A stretch of 64,000 nucleotides of DNA, from assembly GCF_009914755.1 (NCBI RefSeq), contig NC_060936.1. One strand, 5' to 3'. The DNA is from the human T2T-CHM13v2.0 reference genome, Homo sapiens. The notes under the pieces are model-generated. The model was not told where the DNA came from. It did not search any database and worked only from the letters and a program-made list of their open reading frames with translations. The translations under genes were made by a program, and so were the position numbers. Below are positions 15,279 through 31,586 of this stretch, in pieces. Positions within the stretch are counted from its first letter, which is position 1; each line of letters starts with the position of its first letter.

Positions 15279-15392
15279 GGCCGGGCATGGTGGCTCATGC
15301 CTGTAATCTCAGCACACTTTGGGAGGGTGAGGTGGGGGGATCACTTGAAGTCAGGAGTTCGAGACCAGCCTGGGCAATAATAACAATAAAAA
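15279..15392 (+). mobile_element. Alu left monomer
   Basis: ggccgggcatggtggctcatgcctgtaatc...accagcctgggcaa. Confidence 0.8.
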
Positions 15393-15984
15393 AGCCATTT
15401 TAGATTCCAATCCACTGAAAGAAAACTGACCCTTAGTTAATGTCATGCTTATTGGATCCATGAAGTCTTTGAAAATTTAAACTACAAGGACACTGCTCTC
15501 TGTGGTGGTGGAGAGAATACCAAGGATTTAAAGGTCTTTAAGAAAGAGAATGTAGAAAGCGTACCCATTGGAAACAGCAAGATGATGATAATCGTACTGA
15601 CAGTAATAATAAGCTGAAATATATAGAGCTTACTATGTATCATGAATTGTTCTGAATTCTTTATAAATATATGTTACCTCCTTTACCCTCATGGCAGCCC
15701 AGTAAAGTCACCATTCCCCATTTTACAGCTGGGGAAACTGAGTTACAGAGCTTTTCTGCACTGAGTCATCAGGAGCAAATGCTAGATCAGGTAACTGAAC
15801 CCAAGCAATCTGGTTCCAGAGCCAAACAGATGTATTTTTTATGGCATAAAAACATATACATACATTTTTAGGGGAAGGGTGGGTGTAGGATGGGATGAGG
15901 ATTCTGGGTAATTGCTTGGTAAATGCCAAATACCTTTCTTGTCTGTCCCTCTTTTCAAATGATAAAGTAATGTCAATTGCAACA

Positions 15985-16325
<341 letters not shown>

Positions 16326-16499
16326 TAGACCAACAGATATTCTAGCATATAAGAAACGTGATGCTCTCTGTACATTGAAGAGTTGGTCTAATATTTGTCC
16401 TGGTGGATACAGAAATTGCCTGTCTGCTCCGCTCTGGTTGAAGAAACCAGTCCGACTGTCTCTGAGGCTATGGAGCAGTCCATCAAGAATAAAGGCCTC

Positions 16500-16799
16500 T
16501 GCCAGGCACGTTGGCTCACACCTGTAATACCAGCACTTTGGGAGGCCGAGGCAGGTGGATCACTTGAAGTCAGGAGTTCGACACCAGCATGGCCAACATT
16601 GTGAAACCCTATTTCTACAAAAAATAGAAAAATTAGCTGGGCCTGGTGATACGTCCCTGTAATCCCAGCTACTCAGGAGGCTGAGGCAGGAGAATCACTT
16701 GAACTTGGGAGGCACAAGTTGCAGTGGGGAGCTGAGATCACACCACTGCATTCCAGCCTGGGCGACAGAGTGAGACTCTCTCAAGAAAAAAAAAAAAAA
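16500..16799 (+). mobile_element. AluS
   Basis: Full length with A tail. Confidence 0.9.
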
Positions 16800-17424
16800 G
16801 AATGAATGTCCTCATGATGGCCTCAAGCACGTTGGTCCCTGAAGAGAGTCAAGGAAGGCCCACTTTACTCTGCACTGCAAAGCAGGCAGGTGGACAGGAA
16901 TCTGAGAAGTGGATTCAGTGAGAGGCATTGACCCAAAGGATTTTCTGCCTAATGGTCGGTCCAGCAGAAGATTAAACTGAGCACTGCATCCTGTTCCCTC
17001 AAACCATCTGGTTGGTCAGTGGGGAATGTTCTTGCCTCGTTAAATGTCCTCATGCTACTGTCAAGATATCCTGTTACAAAACGTCATAAACCAGGTTTAC
17101 AAATAGGCCAGGTGATTGTGGAATTTCTCCTTGGCAAGGCCTTTGCTACGGGCGTGCGATTGGTGTGCAATAATCACAGTGTTCTGGGCCACTTGAGGGA
17201 TAAAATATACCTTAGGTGATAAACTGTTGTATTTTAATGTGAATATTTCCACCAACATTAAACAGTAACCCCATGAGTTTTCTCATACCTGTTACACTCT
17301 GGAGTCGCAACAAGCTAACATGAAGCAAGTTGCAAACATAGTTATTGCATTTGGCTCCTATTCACAGCAAGGCTTCTTCAAGCTGTACCTGGGACAGTCT
17401 TCCCTCACATGAGGTTTATAGCAT

Positions 17425-17736
17425 CATTTATTTCATTATTTATTTATTTTTTGAGATGGAGTTTCACTCTGTCGCCCAGGCTGGAGTGCAATGGTGCGAT
17501 CTTGGCTCACTGCAACTTCCGCCCCCTCGGGGTTCAAGCGATTCTCCTGCCTCAGCCTCCCGAGTAGCTGGGATTATAGGCACCTGCCACCACGCCCGGC
17601 TAATTTTTGTATTTTTAGTAGAGACGTGGTTTCACCATGTTGACCGGGCTGGTCTCAAACTCCTGACTTCAGGTGATCCACCCGCCTCAGCCTCCCAAAG
17701 TGTTGGGATTACTGGCATGAGCCACAGCACCCGGCT
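17425..17736 (-). mobile_element. AluS
   Basis: TSD TATAGCATCATTTA. Confidence 0.92.
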
Positions 17737-17869
17737 ATAGCATCATTTAAAATTTGTGTCTGCCATGAATTGTTAGTTGGTAGTTAACAAAAATAGACCA
17801 CCTCATTTATGTCTTACAGTTAGCATTGGTTTTTGTGTTTTCTTTATGCTTTTTTTTTTAATTGTTTTT

Positions 17870-18455
<586 letters not shown>

Positions 18456-18465
18456 CCTTAAAGCT

Positions 18466-19300
<835 letters not shown>

Positions 19301-19480
19301 TTTTTGATATGGGCAAAAGAGAACCAGCGGCAGGGGGCCTCTGTGGTGACTTTTTTGGTGATCTTCGTGTACTCTGTATAATGATCAGCCACTCAGGCTT
19401 GGGGGCAGCACTTAACCTTACATTTCTTTCTTTTTTTAAAGATAGGGTCTCTCTCTCTGCCACCCAGGCCAGAGTGCAGT

Positions 19481-21261
19481 TGACGCAGGGCAGGGGAGCC
19501 CCGAAGTGGAGCATAGCGTGTCCGGAACTGGTGGGTTCTTGGTCTCACTGACTTCAAGAATGAAGCCGCGGACCCTCGCGGTGAGTGTCACAGTTCTTAA
19601 AGGCGGCGTGTCTGGAGTTTATTCCTTCTGATGCTCGGATATGTTCAGAGTTTCTTCCTTCTGGTGGGTTTGTGGTCTCGCTGGCTTCAGGAGTGAAGCT
19701 GCAGACCTTCGAGGTGAGTGTTACAGCTCGTAAAGGCAGTGTGGACCCAAAGAGTGAGCAGCAGCAAGATTTATTACAAAGAGCAAAAGAACAAAGCTTC
19801 CACAGTTTGGAAACGGACCCCAGTGTGTTGCCACTGCTGGCTGGGGCAGCCTGGTTTTACTCCCTTATCTGGCGCCACCCACATCCTGCTCATTGGTCCA
19901 TTTTACAGAGAGCCGATTGGTCTGTGTTACAGAGAGCTGATGGGTCTGTTTTGACAGGGTGCTGACTGGTGCATTTACAATCCCTGAGCTAGACACAAAA
20001 GTTCTCCAAGTCCCTACTAGATTAGCTAGATACAGAGTGTCGACTTGTGCATTCACAAACCCTGAGCTAGACACAGGGTGCTGATTGGTGTGTTTACAAA
20101 CCTTAAGCTAGATACAGAGTGCCAATTGGTGTATTTACAATCCCTTAGCTAGACATAAAGGTTCTCAAAGTCCCCACCAGACTCAGGAGCCCAGCTGGCT
20201 TCACCAAGTGGGTCCCACATGGGGGCTGCAGGTGGAGCTGCCTGCCAGTCCCATGCCCTGTGCTGGCACTCCTCAGCCCTTGGGTGGTTGAAGGGACTGG
20301 GTGCCCTGGAGCAGGGGGCGGTGCTCATCGGGGAGGCTCGGTGCTCATCGGGGAGGCTCGGTACTCATCGGGGAGGCTCAGGTCACGCAGGAGTCCACGG
20401 CGGGTTGGGTGGAGGCTCAGGCATGGCGGGCTGCATGTCCCGAGCCCTGCCCTGCAGGGAAGCAGCTAAGGCCCAGTGAGAAATTGAGCAAAGCAGCTGC
20501 TGGCCCAGGTGCTAAGCCCCTCACTACCCGAGTCCAGCGGGGCCGGCGAGCCACTCCGAGTGCAGGGCCCAGTGAGCCCATGCCCACCTGGAACTCGCAC
20601 TGGCCCGCAAGCGCTGTGCCCAGCCCCGGTTCCTGCCCACGCCTCTCCCTCTACACCTCCCCGCAAGCTGAGGGAGTCGGCTCCAGCCTCGGCCAGCCCA
20701 GGAAGGGGCTCCCACAGTGCAGCCGTGCGCTGAAGGGCTCCTCAAGTGCCACCAAAGTGGGAGCCCAGGCAGAGGAGGTGCCGAGAGTGAGCTCGAGGGC
20801 TGCCAGCATGCTGTCACCTCTCAATAGCACGTGAGGGTTCTTGTCTTTACCCAGGAAAGAATTCAAGGGCAAGCCAGAGGTTTAGAAGAAAACAGCTTTA
20901 TTGAAGAGGCAGCATTACAGCCCTGTGACTGCTCCTGTAGGGCAGGGTTACCCTGGAGGCAGAGAGTAGCGGCAGAGAGTCTGCAATCACATTTATACTC
21001 ACTTTTAATTGCATGCAGATTAAAGGGCAGTTTATGCAGGAATTTCTAGAAAATGGGTAGTAACTTTTGAGTCATTGGGTCATTGCCATGGAAAGGGGCA
21101 GTAACTCCCTGGTGTTACCTTGGCAATAGTAAACTCACATGGCACACTGGTGGGCATCTCTGATGGAAAGCTGCTTCTGCCCTAGCCCTGTTTTAGCTAG
21201 TCCTCAATTTGGTCTGGTGTCCAAGCCCTGCCTGTGGAGTCAAGTCCTGCCTCCTATCTCA
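19481..21261 (-). mobile_element. MER4-group ERV1 solo LTR (MER83-like), interrupted by LTR12
   Basis: TG...CA termini; 4-bp TSD CAGT (19477-19480, 21262-21265); splits an Alu; minus strand starts TGAGATAGGAGGCAGGACTTGACTCC; family name from memory. Confidence 0.7.
19517..20823 (-). mobile_element. LTR12 (ERV9) solo LTR
   Basis: Minus strand starts TGAGAGGTGACAGCATGCTGGC and ends TTCCGGACAC; CCAAT-containing ~41-bp repeats at 19960-20160; TSD ATAG (19513-19516, 20824-20827). Confidence 0.93.
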
Positions 21262-21684
21262 CAGTGGCGTGATCATGGCTCACTGCAGACTCAACACCCC
21301 CGGGCTCAAGCAGTTCTCCCACCTCAGCCTCCTGAGTTGCTGGGACCACAGGCACGTGCTACTACGCCCAGCTACATTTTTTGCATTTTTTATAGAGACG
21401 GTGTTTCACTGTGTTGCCTAGGCTGGTCTCAAACTCCTGGGCTCAAGCAATATACCTACGTTAGCCTTCTAAAGTGCTGGGATTACAGGTGTGAGCCACT
21501 GCACCCAGCCCAACCTTACATTTTTAATCTCAAGTCACTTCTCTCTAGGTTTTGATTTCTTCTTTAAAATGGCGGAACTAAGAGCATCTATTTTATAGGG
21601 TTGTTGGGAAGACAAAAATGAAAGAACTGCTGTTCTATGTTTAGTGAAGCACTGTGCACAATTTTGAATAATGAAGTTGGTGTT

Positions 21685-22000
21685 TATTTTTTATCATTTA
21701 TTTATTTTTTAGAGACGGGGTCTTGCACTGTTGCTCCAGCTGGAGTGCAGTAGTGCAATCACATCTTAGTGCAGCCTTGACCTCCTGGGCTCAAGAAATC
21801 CTGCCACCTCAGCCTCCTGAGTAGCTGGGACTACAGGCATGCATCGCCATGTCTGGCTATTTATTTATTTGTTAGTTTTTTGTAGAGATGGGGTCTCCCT
21901 ATGTTGCCTGGGCTGGTCTTGAACTCCTGGCCTTAAGCAATCCTCCTGTCTTGGCCTCCCAAAACACTGAGATTACAGGTGTGAACCACCATGGCCAGCC
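21685..22000 (-). mobile_element. AluJ-like
   Basis: Antisense dimeric Alu. Confidence 0.88.
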
Positions 22001-22047
22001 TTATTTTTATTTTTAAATCAGCCTTGTCAAGTTGAATTGGTCATTAA

Positions 22048-22580
<533 letters not shown>

Positions 22581-22609
22581 TGACTTTATTCATTTTAGAA
22601 TGAACTTAC

Positions 22610-23234
22610 CCTATTGATACTGTAACCAGAGTTGGCATACATCACAATTGGCAGAACCCGGTCATGTTTAGCAAGATGGAAGTGTTCTGGAAGCTCCTCC
22701 TTCTTGTAGGTGTGGAGGCGAGGGTACGCATTCTTCAGTGCCTGGTAAAGGGTTTCCTCTTGCCCCAATTTGGGCAGGGGCATCCCAAAGCCACTGTAGC
22801 CCACAATATCAAACTTGACCAAGTCCCTGAACTTCATGTAGTTGGACAAGGGATCTTGTTGACATTGGGTCTCTTCTTCACGGTGGTCATCCCACGGTCT
22901 CATGTGATGATGATGCTGAGGTGCTCTGCAGGCTGTGCTTCTCAGTGGCTCCCACCAGATACCCGATGGTCCTGTCGATTTGCTGAATCATCAACTTGCT
23001 GTTCTCTGCCTCTGGCCCGAATCAATGTCCCACGTTATCTGGCTCTCTGTAGCTCAGTGTCACAAAGTCAAAGTCTTCCTTGGTGAACCAGTTCATGACG
23101 GTATTGATGTTCTCCCTCTGCTCTGTCTCGCTGCTGTTTGGGTGAGTGTAGGACTCCACCAGGGACCGCTTGACAACCTCACCCTCATATTTAGCACCTC
23201 CCCTGGAACAGTGGAATGATGCCGCTCTGTTCCC
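22610..23234 (-). pseudogene. ENPP7P: ENPP7-like large exon (exon 3 homologue)
   Basis: ttgcag|GNRAASFH...WFTKEDFDFVTLSYREPDNVGH*FGPE...IDRTIGYL...IIT*DRGMTTV...YKKEELPEHFHLAKHDRVLPIVMYANSGYSINR|gtaagt. Stops at 23022-23024 and 22900-22902; two -1 frameshifts; 625 nt. Confidence 0.92.
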
Positions 23235-23604
23235 CTGCAAGTACAAGAAGAAAATTCCATCAGGGCCATTTCCCATACCTTTCTCACAATCAGCAAAGCT
23301 CGAGTTGTCTACATCTGTGCCCCAGTCCAAAGGCATAGAAAATATGTGGTCTTTGAAGTCAGACAGGGTGGAGTTAGATTCTGGGCTTCCCCAGGATCTC
23401 ATAGCATCTACAACACTGTTAGTTACAAGATGTGCTATTATTTTATGGGCTACTAAGCAGAAAAATGCTGCCAATGAGACCGTGACATTCCAGTGATTGT
23501 AAGGTGTATTCCAACTTCAGAGATGGCAAAATGAAAAATACTTCCTTAGAATAGAGGGAGATGTTAATTTCTGAGTTGGTGCTGGTGAATTTGTGCATGT
23601 GTGT

Positions 23605-23711
23605 TATATATATATACATATATATATACACACACACATATATACACATATACATGTATATATATATGTGTATATATATACAGACATATATATGTATACC
23701 TGTGTATATAT
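23605..23711. repeat. (TA)/(CA)/(TG) compound microsatellite
   Basis: tatatatatatacatatatatatacacacacacata... Confidence 0.9.
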
Positions 23712-24651
<940 letters not shown>

Positions 24652-25100
24652 TGATGAATGCTTGCCTGCTCAGCACCCACTTCCTGCTGGGCTGGGTCAC
24701 ATTACTCTGACTCCCCCTTGAGATTCAGTCCGCGCCTGGTTCAAGATGTATTGACTCAACCCGAGGATCCAGAGGTGGGATGTAGCTCTGGCCTGGCCAG
24801 AGGACCGAGGGTGCTGCATGCCATGGCTACAGCAACTGGTCAGCTTTGGGCTCATGTCCTAGTCAGAGCCAATGAGATGTAATCTTGGGATATCTGCTGG
24901 GCTGTTGAGAAGGGGACAGGCTGCCCTGCACATCCCCATTCCTGATGCTGAGGGATCTGAGAAAATCACTTGTAAAATTTGGGGGTGTTTGGAAGAAGGG
25001 GAGACTGATGTCTCTTTCTCTCCACAGACATCTGATCAGCTACAGAGCTTGACTAACCTACCCAGAGGCAGAATGATATGGTGGTTAAAAGTGTGCTCTG

Positions 25101-25465
25101 GGCCGAGATTTTGCCACTGTACTCCAGCCTGGGTGACAGAGTGAGACTCCATCTCAAAAAAAAAAAAAAAAAGTGTGCTCTGGGCTGGGTGCAGAGGCTC
25201 ACGACAGTAATCCCAGCACTTTGGGAGGCTGAGGCAGGAGGATCGCTTGAAGTCAGGAGTTTGGAATCAGACCCCATATCTACAAAAATGTTTTTTAAAA
25301 ATTAGCTGGGTTGGTGGTGAATGCCTCTAGTCCCAGCTACTTGGGAGGCTGAGGCGGGAAGATTGCTGGAGCTCGGGAGTTCAAGGCTTCAGTGAGCTAT
25401 GATCAGGCCACTGCACTCCAGTTTGAGGGACAGAGAGAGACCCCATCTCTCTGAACAACAAAAAT
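25101..25465 (+). mobile_element. 5'-truncated Alu plus full AluJ in tandem within a MIR
   Basis: Three copies of the target AAAAGTGTGCTCTG. Confidence 0.85.
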
Positions 25466-26835
25466 GGGTGCTCTGGTGCCGCACTGCCTGGTTAGATCCT
25501 TTGTCCACCACTTAGATGCATGTTATATAAATACTCTCCTCAGTTTCCTCATCTGTAACTTGGGGATGGTAATTCTGCCCCAAGAAGTGGTTATGGGGAC
25601 TAAATGCATGTGGGCATATTGGTAAGTATTCAACGAGCTTGATTTTTCCAGGAGAGGGAGAAAGAGCTTGCAGTGAGGTGGCATGGTCAGGGGCTTTGGG
25701 ACAAGGATTATTTCCTCTGGCTTCTGCCTCCTGGGAGGTACTAAGGAGGGATCTGAAATGTGTCTGCAGGCCCCAGAGTTGGGGACTGCAGAGGGAAATT
25801 GAGATCAGGGACCCTAGTCTGACAGAAATGAGTGCAGCATGGGGCATTGGGTTCCTTCCATCAGAGGCATGGGGCGTATTGCAGACAGTCATGAAATGTG
25901 GCTGAATCTTGCAAGGGACCCTCGGTCCTCGGGTTGCTGCTTGAGATAAAGACCCCTGTCAGTGGAACCTGGTGACCTTCACCCTTCTGTGTCAGGCTGC
26001 AGACAGCAAGAGATGGCAGCAGATTACACCCAACAGGAAAAGGGCCATTGCCATCCCACAGGTTGCCATAGGAGGAGATGACATCTCTCACTCTCCTCCT
26101 CCAGCAGTGTCAGCTGGGGAAGAGGTGGGTGGGTGTGCACAGAAGAGTAGACCACAGAGCATGCTCCTTCTCCTCCGGTCTGCTGGGGCCCCGAGAGAGT
26201 CTGCAGCCCTTGGCCAGGGACCGGCTGACACAGGAGAACAAAAGACCTGAGGCTGGGATAACATGGTGGTGCAGTTCATCCTCTGGAGCTCCCTGTGAGA
26301 TCAGACTGGAGCCGGTCTCCAGCTGAGACCACATCTCACTTAGCTCCTTCCCTGCCATATCCTGTTTTCCTTACTCCTATCTCCTGAGAGTTCTTCCTGA
26401 ATGAATTACATGCACTCAATCCTTGCCTCAGGCTCTGCTTTTAGGGAACTTGACCTAAGACAGAAATCTTAGTACTAAATACTTTGCAAGGCCTCAGAAG
26501 TGCTGCTATCCACAAGCAGGTGAGATATTACCTTCCCTACCACCTGGCAGTCATAGTCTATGATGCGATTCAGCTTTATGGAAGTGCTTCTCTAAAGAAC
26601 TTCCCCCAATTTAAGATGATCCTCATTTGCTTACTTGTTTATTGTCCATTTAGCTGCTCTAAAATGTGAGCTCCAAATCAGGGGCCATGTCTGGTTGGTT
26701 ACCCATTTCCTGGGACCTAGGAAGGGCCTAGCTCAGAGCAGGTGCTCACTATTGATGGACTGCATGTTGAAAGAATGCATGAATCTCATCTCCTTTTGTG
26801 GATGAAAAACTCATCCTATTCTCACCCTGATTAAC

Positions 26836-27150
26836 TTTCTTTCTTTCTTTCTTTTTTTTTTTTTTTTTCAAATTGGAGTCGTGATCTGTTACCCAGGCTG
26901 GAGTGCAATGGTGTGATCTCAGCTAGCTGCAACCTCTGCCTTCTGGATTAAAGCAATTCTCCTGCCTCAGCCTCCTATGTAGCTGGGATTACAGGTGTAT
27001 ACCACCATGCCCGGCTAATTTTTTGTATTTTTAATAGAGACAGGGTTTCACCATATTGGCCAGGCTGGTCTCGAAATCCTGACCTCGTGATCCACCTGCT
27101 TTGGCCTCCCAAAGTCCTGGGATTACAGGCATGAGCCACCATACCCAGCC
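26836..27150 (-). mobile_element. AluS
   Basis: Antisense full-length Alu. Confidence 0.9.
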
Positions 27151-29779
27151 ACTCTTGATTAACTTAACGGAAATATTTACAGAGATTCTTTCTCTTCTGG
27201 GTTCTAGCGTCTTATGTGTAACCTCTGCAGGTAATACATTTTCCTTCCTGATGATAGCATTTCTATGGTTGCTTTAACTCACAAATCTTCTAATACTTAT
27301 TTATTCCATTTCTGATTGGCATTAGACATAATTCTCAATTTTTAGTGACAGCACTTCGTTTAACTTACATATAAATCGACTTTGCCTTGAAATGTGACAT
27401 TGACTAGAAGTATGAAACTTCTAACATGCTGTAGAACACAGTTTGACTGGCTAATTTATTATTTAGAAAAAGCTAATATTGCCATTATGAGGGGCTTAGG
27501 TGGCTCTGAAGAACCGGTTGTATTTCTAATGTTTGCAATGTTAAATCACAGATATTGCTAACGTGAAATAGTTTCCATATGCTGTGTTCTCAATACACAC
27601 CTTTTCCAAAGATATCCCTAAGTAGTCTTAGGAAACTGTGATTTTTCTTATTTGGTCTCATAGGAATTTGGGGAGCTATGCGGGATCTCCATAAAATGAG
27701 CTCCAGAAAGACACATGTGTGCACACGCACACGCTCAGACATGTACCACACCACACTTGACTCTGTTTATTTGCGACCCATGATTATCAGAAGTGCTATT
27801 TTCAACAAATACTTCTGAGAAATAATCTGAATACTTAATTGGATGCAAAATAGTGGCTATTTACTATTCTACCCTTTAGTTAGCATAATCAGTGTTTCCA
27901 GCAGGAAAAGCAATTGGAAAATCGCTAGTTTTATTAGGTTCATTATTCTCCCGTAGCGTAGTGTGGCATCAGCATGACTATTATTCTTAAATTGCCTCTT
28001 TAAAACAAGAGCTGGTGCTTCTTCCAGGCAATTCCTAACTCTTGGGCTTTGTAGAGGTTCCAAAACTCTTTAGAACCTATAATTCAAGGAAAGGCTCCTC
28101 TTTGGTTTTGCATTTTGTCTGGTCTCTTTCGGTGACAGAATTTATATCACAAGGTGCACACGTTTTGGGGAGGCTCATGGACAGCCCATCGCGCTTGTGC
28201 TTTGGTAGGAAGTATGTGCCGTTAAGGGGAAGGAGTTAGTTACTGATTCTAGGGAACAATGGGTAGAAAGAGATGGACGCCCTGTATTTGAAATTCAGAA
28301 CTCAAGCTTGGCTCTACGCGTTTCCTTGCTTTGCTGTGCTCCAGGGGAGTCACTGAGCAGAAGGAAGCGAGTTGCCTGAGATTCCTCAAAGCCCGCAGCC
28401 CTTTTGGAGGTTACATTGTTATTCTCTGAGCCTTTATGATACATAATAAAGACCTAGCTTGGACCAATATTAGGATGAGTTATCTTGCTATTAACATTCT
28501 TTTAGGTAGAAGTTGCTGGTCCCATCTTGCTCACAATCCTCCAAAGTTTGGAAGTTACTTTCCAGGAGACTTGGCTTGCACTGAGAGCTGCCCTCCCACC
28601 TTCTGTCCAAATTTCCTCTTGGGAGTAGCCTAACAAGGTGCTGTCACAGACCCTTGCCAGCCACGATGACCCCACCCAGACCATCCCTCTGCTGTTTCAC
28701 TCTTTGATACTCTCTGGAGCTCTCTGGGGAGGGGTGAGACCTGCTGTCTGGTTTGTACGGTTTGCCCAGGTCTTACAGTCATGGCTGGTGCCTCTCTCTG
28801 AGAACTGGGACTCCTGAACTTGGTGAAATACCTCAGCCATTGATCATGTTAAAATATCGGGCACAGTCATTTAAAATCCGAGTCTGCTCCAGATGGACTC
28901 TCTCTCTTTCTGCCCTGACCGTGAGAGAGAGAGACCGTGAGAGAGAGAGAGAGAGAGACCGTGCCCTGACCTGCTGGACAGTGGAGATGCTCGTGGGCTG
29001 TGAGCAACAGATGCAAAGGCTGCTGGGAATCCCATCTTTCCAGCATCATCTGCCAAGGCACATCAGTTCCTGGGTATCTTGATGGGTTCTGGCAGCATTA
29101 CTGTCATTGAAGGAAATCATTTTAGCCATATTAAAGGTGAATACAGCAATCCCCACACAGGCTGCCTGGAAAGGACGCGGGACAAGGATAGGTTTTCCCT
29201 GTGATGGACAGGCGGCAGGCGGCCCTCCCACAGCCCTGCCTGGCAATGGAGATGTGTCCCACAGCTGGAGTGCTGTGCCGAGGCGGGCTCACCCGGGCCG
29301 TGGGTTCGCTCTGATTGCAGCAGTTTCCCGCCAGCTCCTTGGAGAGCTGGCAGATGACCCAGCCCCACAGCAGGAGCTGTGAATGGCAGAACGAGATACA
29401 ACAATTTGATATCCACTTGCCAGATGAGCCGGGTGTTGTCAGTCGCCTGGCTCTGCGCCAACCTCTTTTTGCACAAACACTTATGAATTGAGCCAGGAGG
29501 AAAAGCACTCTGATTATGAATTGAGCAGAAGGAAACAAAGTTCTGCAGATAAACACCAATGAGACCAAAAACCACGAATAAGAAAAATGACAGAAAAGGA
29601 GAACCTTCCCAGAAGCCTCCTGCCAGTGAACGGCCACCATAGCAAGAGCAGGGAGGCCATGGGTTTTGAACTGTGAGATAAGGAAGATGATGAAAACCTT
29701 CCTAGCAGCCAGGCAAGCACAAGATTCCTGTGAAATCCAGGTATAAGTGTTTTGACCACAGAAGTAATATTATGTCATA

Positions 29780-29990
29780 GGTGAGAGCTGTGAGTTGCTG
29801 AACACAAAGCGAGTTCAAATCCGAGCTCTGCCTCCTGCTACCTGTGTGACTTTGAGAAGTTCCAGCACTGCTTTGTGCCTCAGTTTTGTCATCTGTTAAA
29901 TGGGCATAATCACAGCTCCTGCCTCAGAGTTGTTGTAAATTAATACATGTAAAGCACTGAAATCAGCCTGGTATACAGTAAGTGTTATGA
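29780..29990 (+). mobile_element. MIR
   Basis: gagttcaaatccgagctctgcc...gtgcctcagttttgtcatctgttaaatgggcataat. Confidence 0.7.
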
Positions 29991-30149
29991 ACGTTATTTT
30001 CTTGGAAGGACAGAACTTATTTTCATGGTCTAATCCTAAAAGTCTAAAAAATGTGAGAGAAGAGGAAAGAATCTGGAGTCTCACCATGAGGGAGAAAAGT
30101 CAACTTGAAGCAGGACAGGGTCATTGGCAATTTCCTGTAATTCTACAGC

Positions 30150-30660
<511 letters not shown>

Positions 30661-30678
30661 TGACTGAATAGTCTATTG

Positions 30679-31181
30679 CAGTGGTCCCCAATTTTTTTTA
30701 GCACCAAGGACCAGTTTCCATGTATTTGTGGGGGGAAGTTTCAGGATGATTCAAGAGCATTACATTTATTATGTACTTTATTGTTATGAACATTATAATA
30801 TATAATGAAATCATTATACAACTCACCATAATGTAGAATCAGTGGGAGCCCTGAGCTTGTTTTCCTGCAACTAGTTAATCCCATCTCCTGGTGGTGGGAG
30901 ACAGTGACAGATCATCAGGCATTAGATTCTCATAAGGAGCACACAACCTAGATCCCTTCCACATGCAGTTCACAATAGGGTTGGTGCTCCTATCAGAATC
31001 TAATGCCGCTGCTGATCTAACAGGAGACAGAGCTCAGGCAGTAACGCTAGCCATGGGGAGCAGCTGTAAATACAGATGAAGCTTCACTCATTAGCCCACT
31101 GCTCACCTCCTTCTGTGCAGCCCAGTTCCTAACAGGCCACAGACCACTACTGGTCTGTGGTCTGGGGGATGGGGACCTCTG
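30679..31181. mobile_element. MER1A-like hAT-Charlie DNA transposon
   Basis: Imperfect TIRs CAGTGGTCCCC...GGGGACCTCTG; perfect 8-bp TSD GTCTATTG (30671-30678, 31182-31189). Confidence 0.88.
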
Positions 31182-31267
31182 GTCTATTGGATAACACTGG
31201 CTTGGAGGGGACTGATCATCCAAAGAAAGGCTGAGATGATTTGGCCTCCATTAATAAGAATGATGGA

Positions 31268-31586
<319 letters not shown>

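Larger units (their letters stand above)
19420..21511 (-). mobile_element. AluJ split by LTR insertions (19420-19480 and 21262-21511)
   Basis: ...agagtgcagt | cagtggcgtgatcatggctcactgcag... Confidence 0.85.

Noticed and set aside
16800-17210. Candidate downstream ENPP7-like exon
   Set aside because: No GEHGFDN-like motif in the minus-strand frames I read; multiple stops.
28916-28962. GACCGTG units separated by (GA)n
   Set aside because: Interrupted microsatellite explained by slippage.
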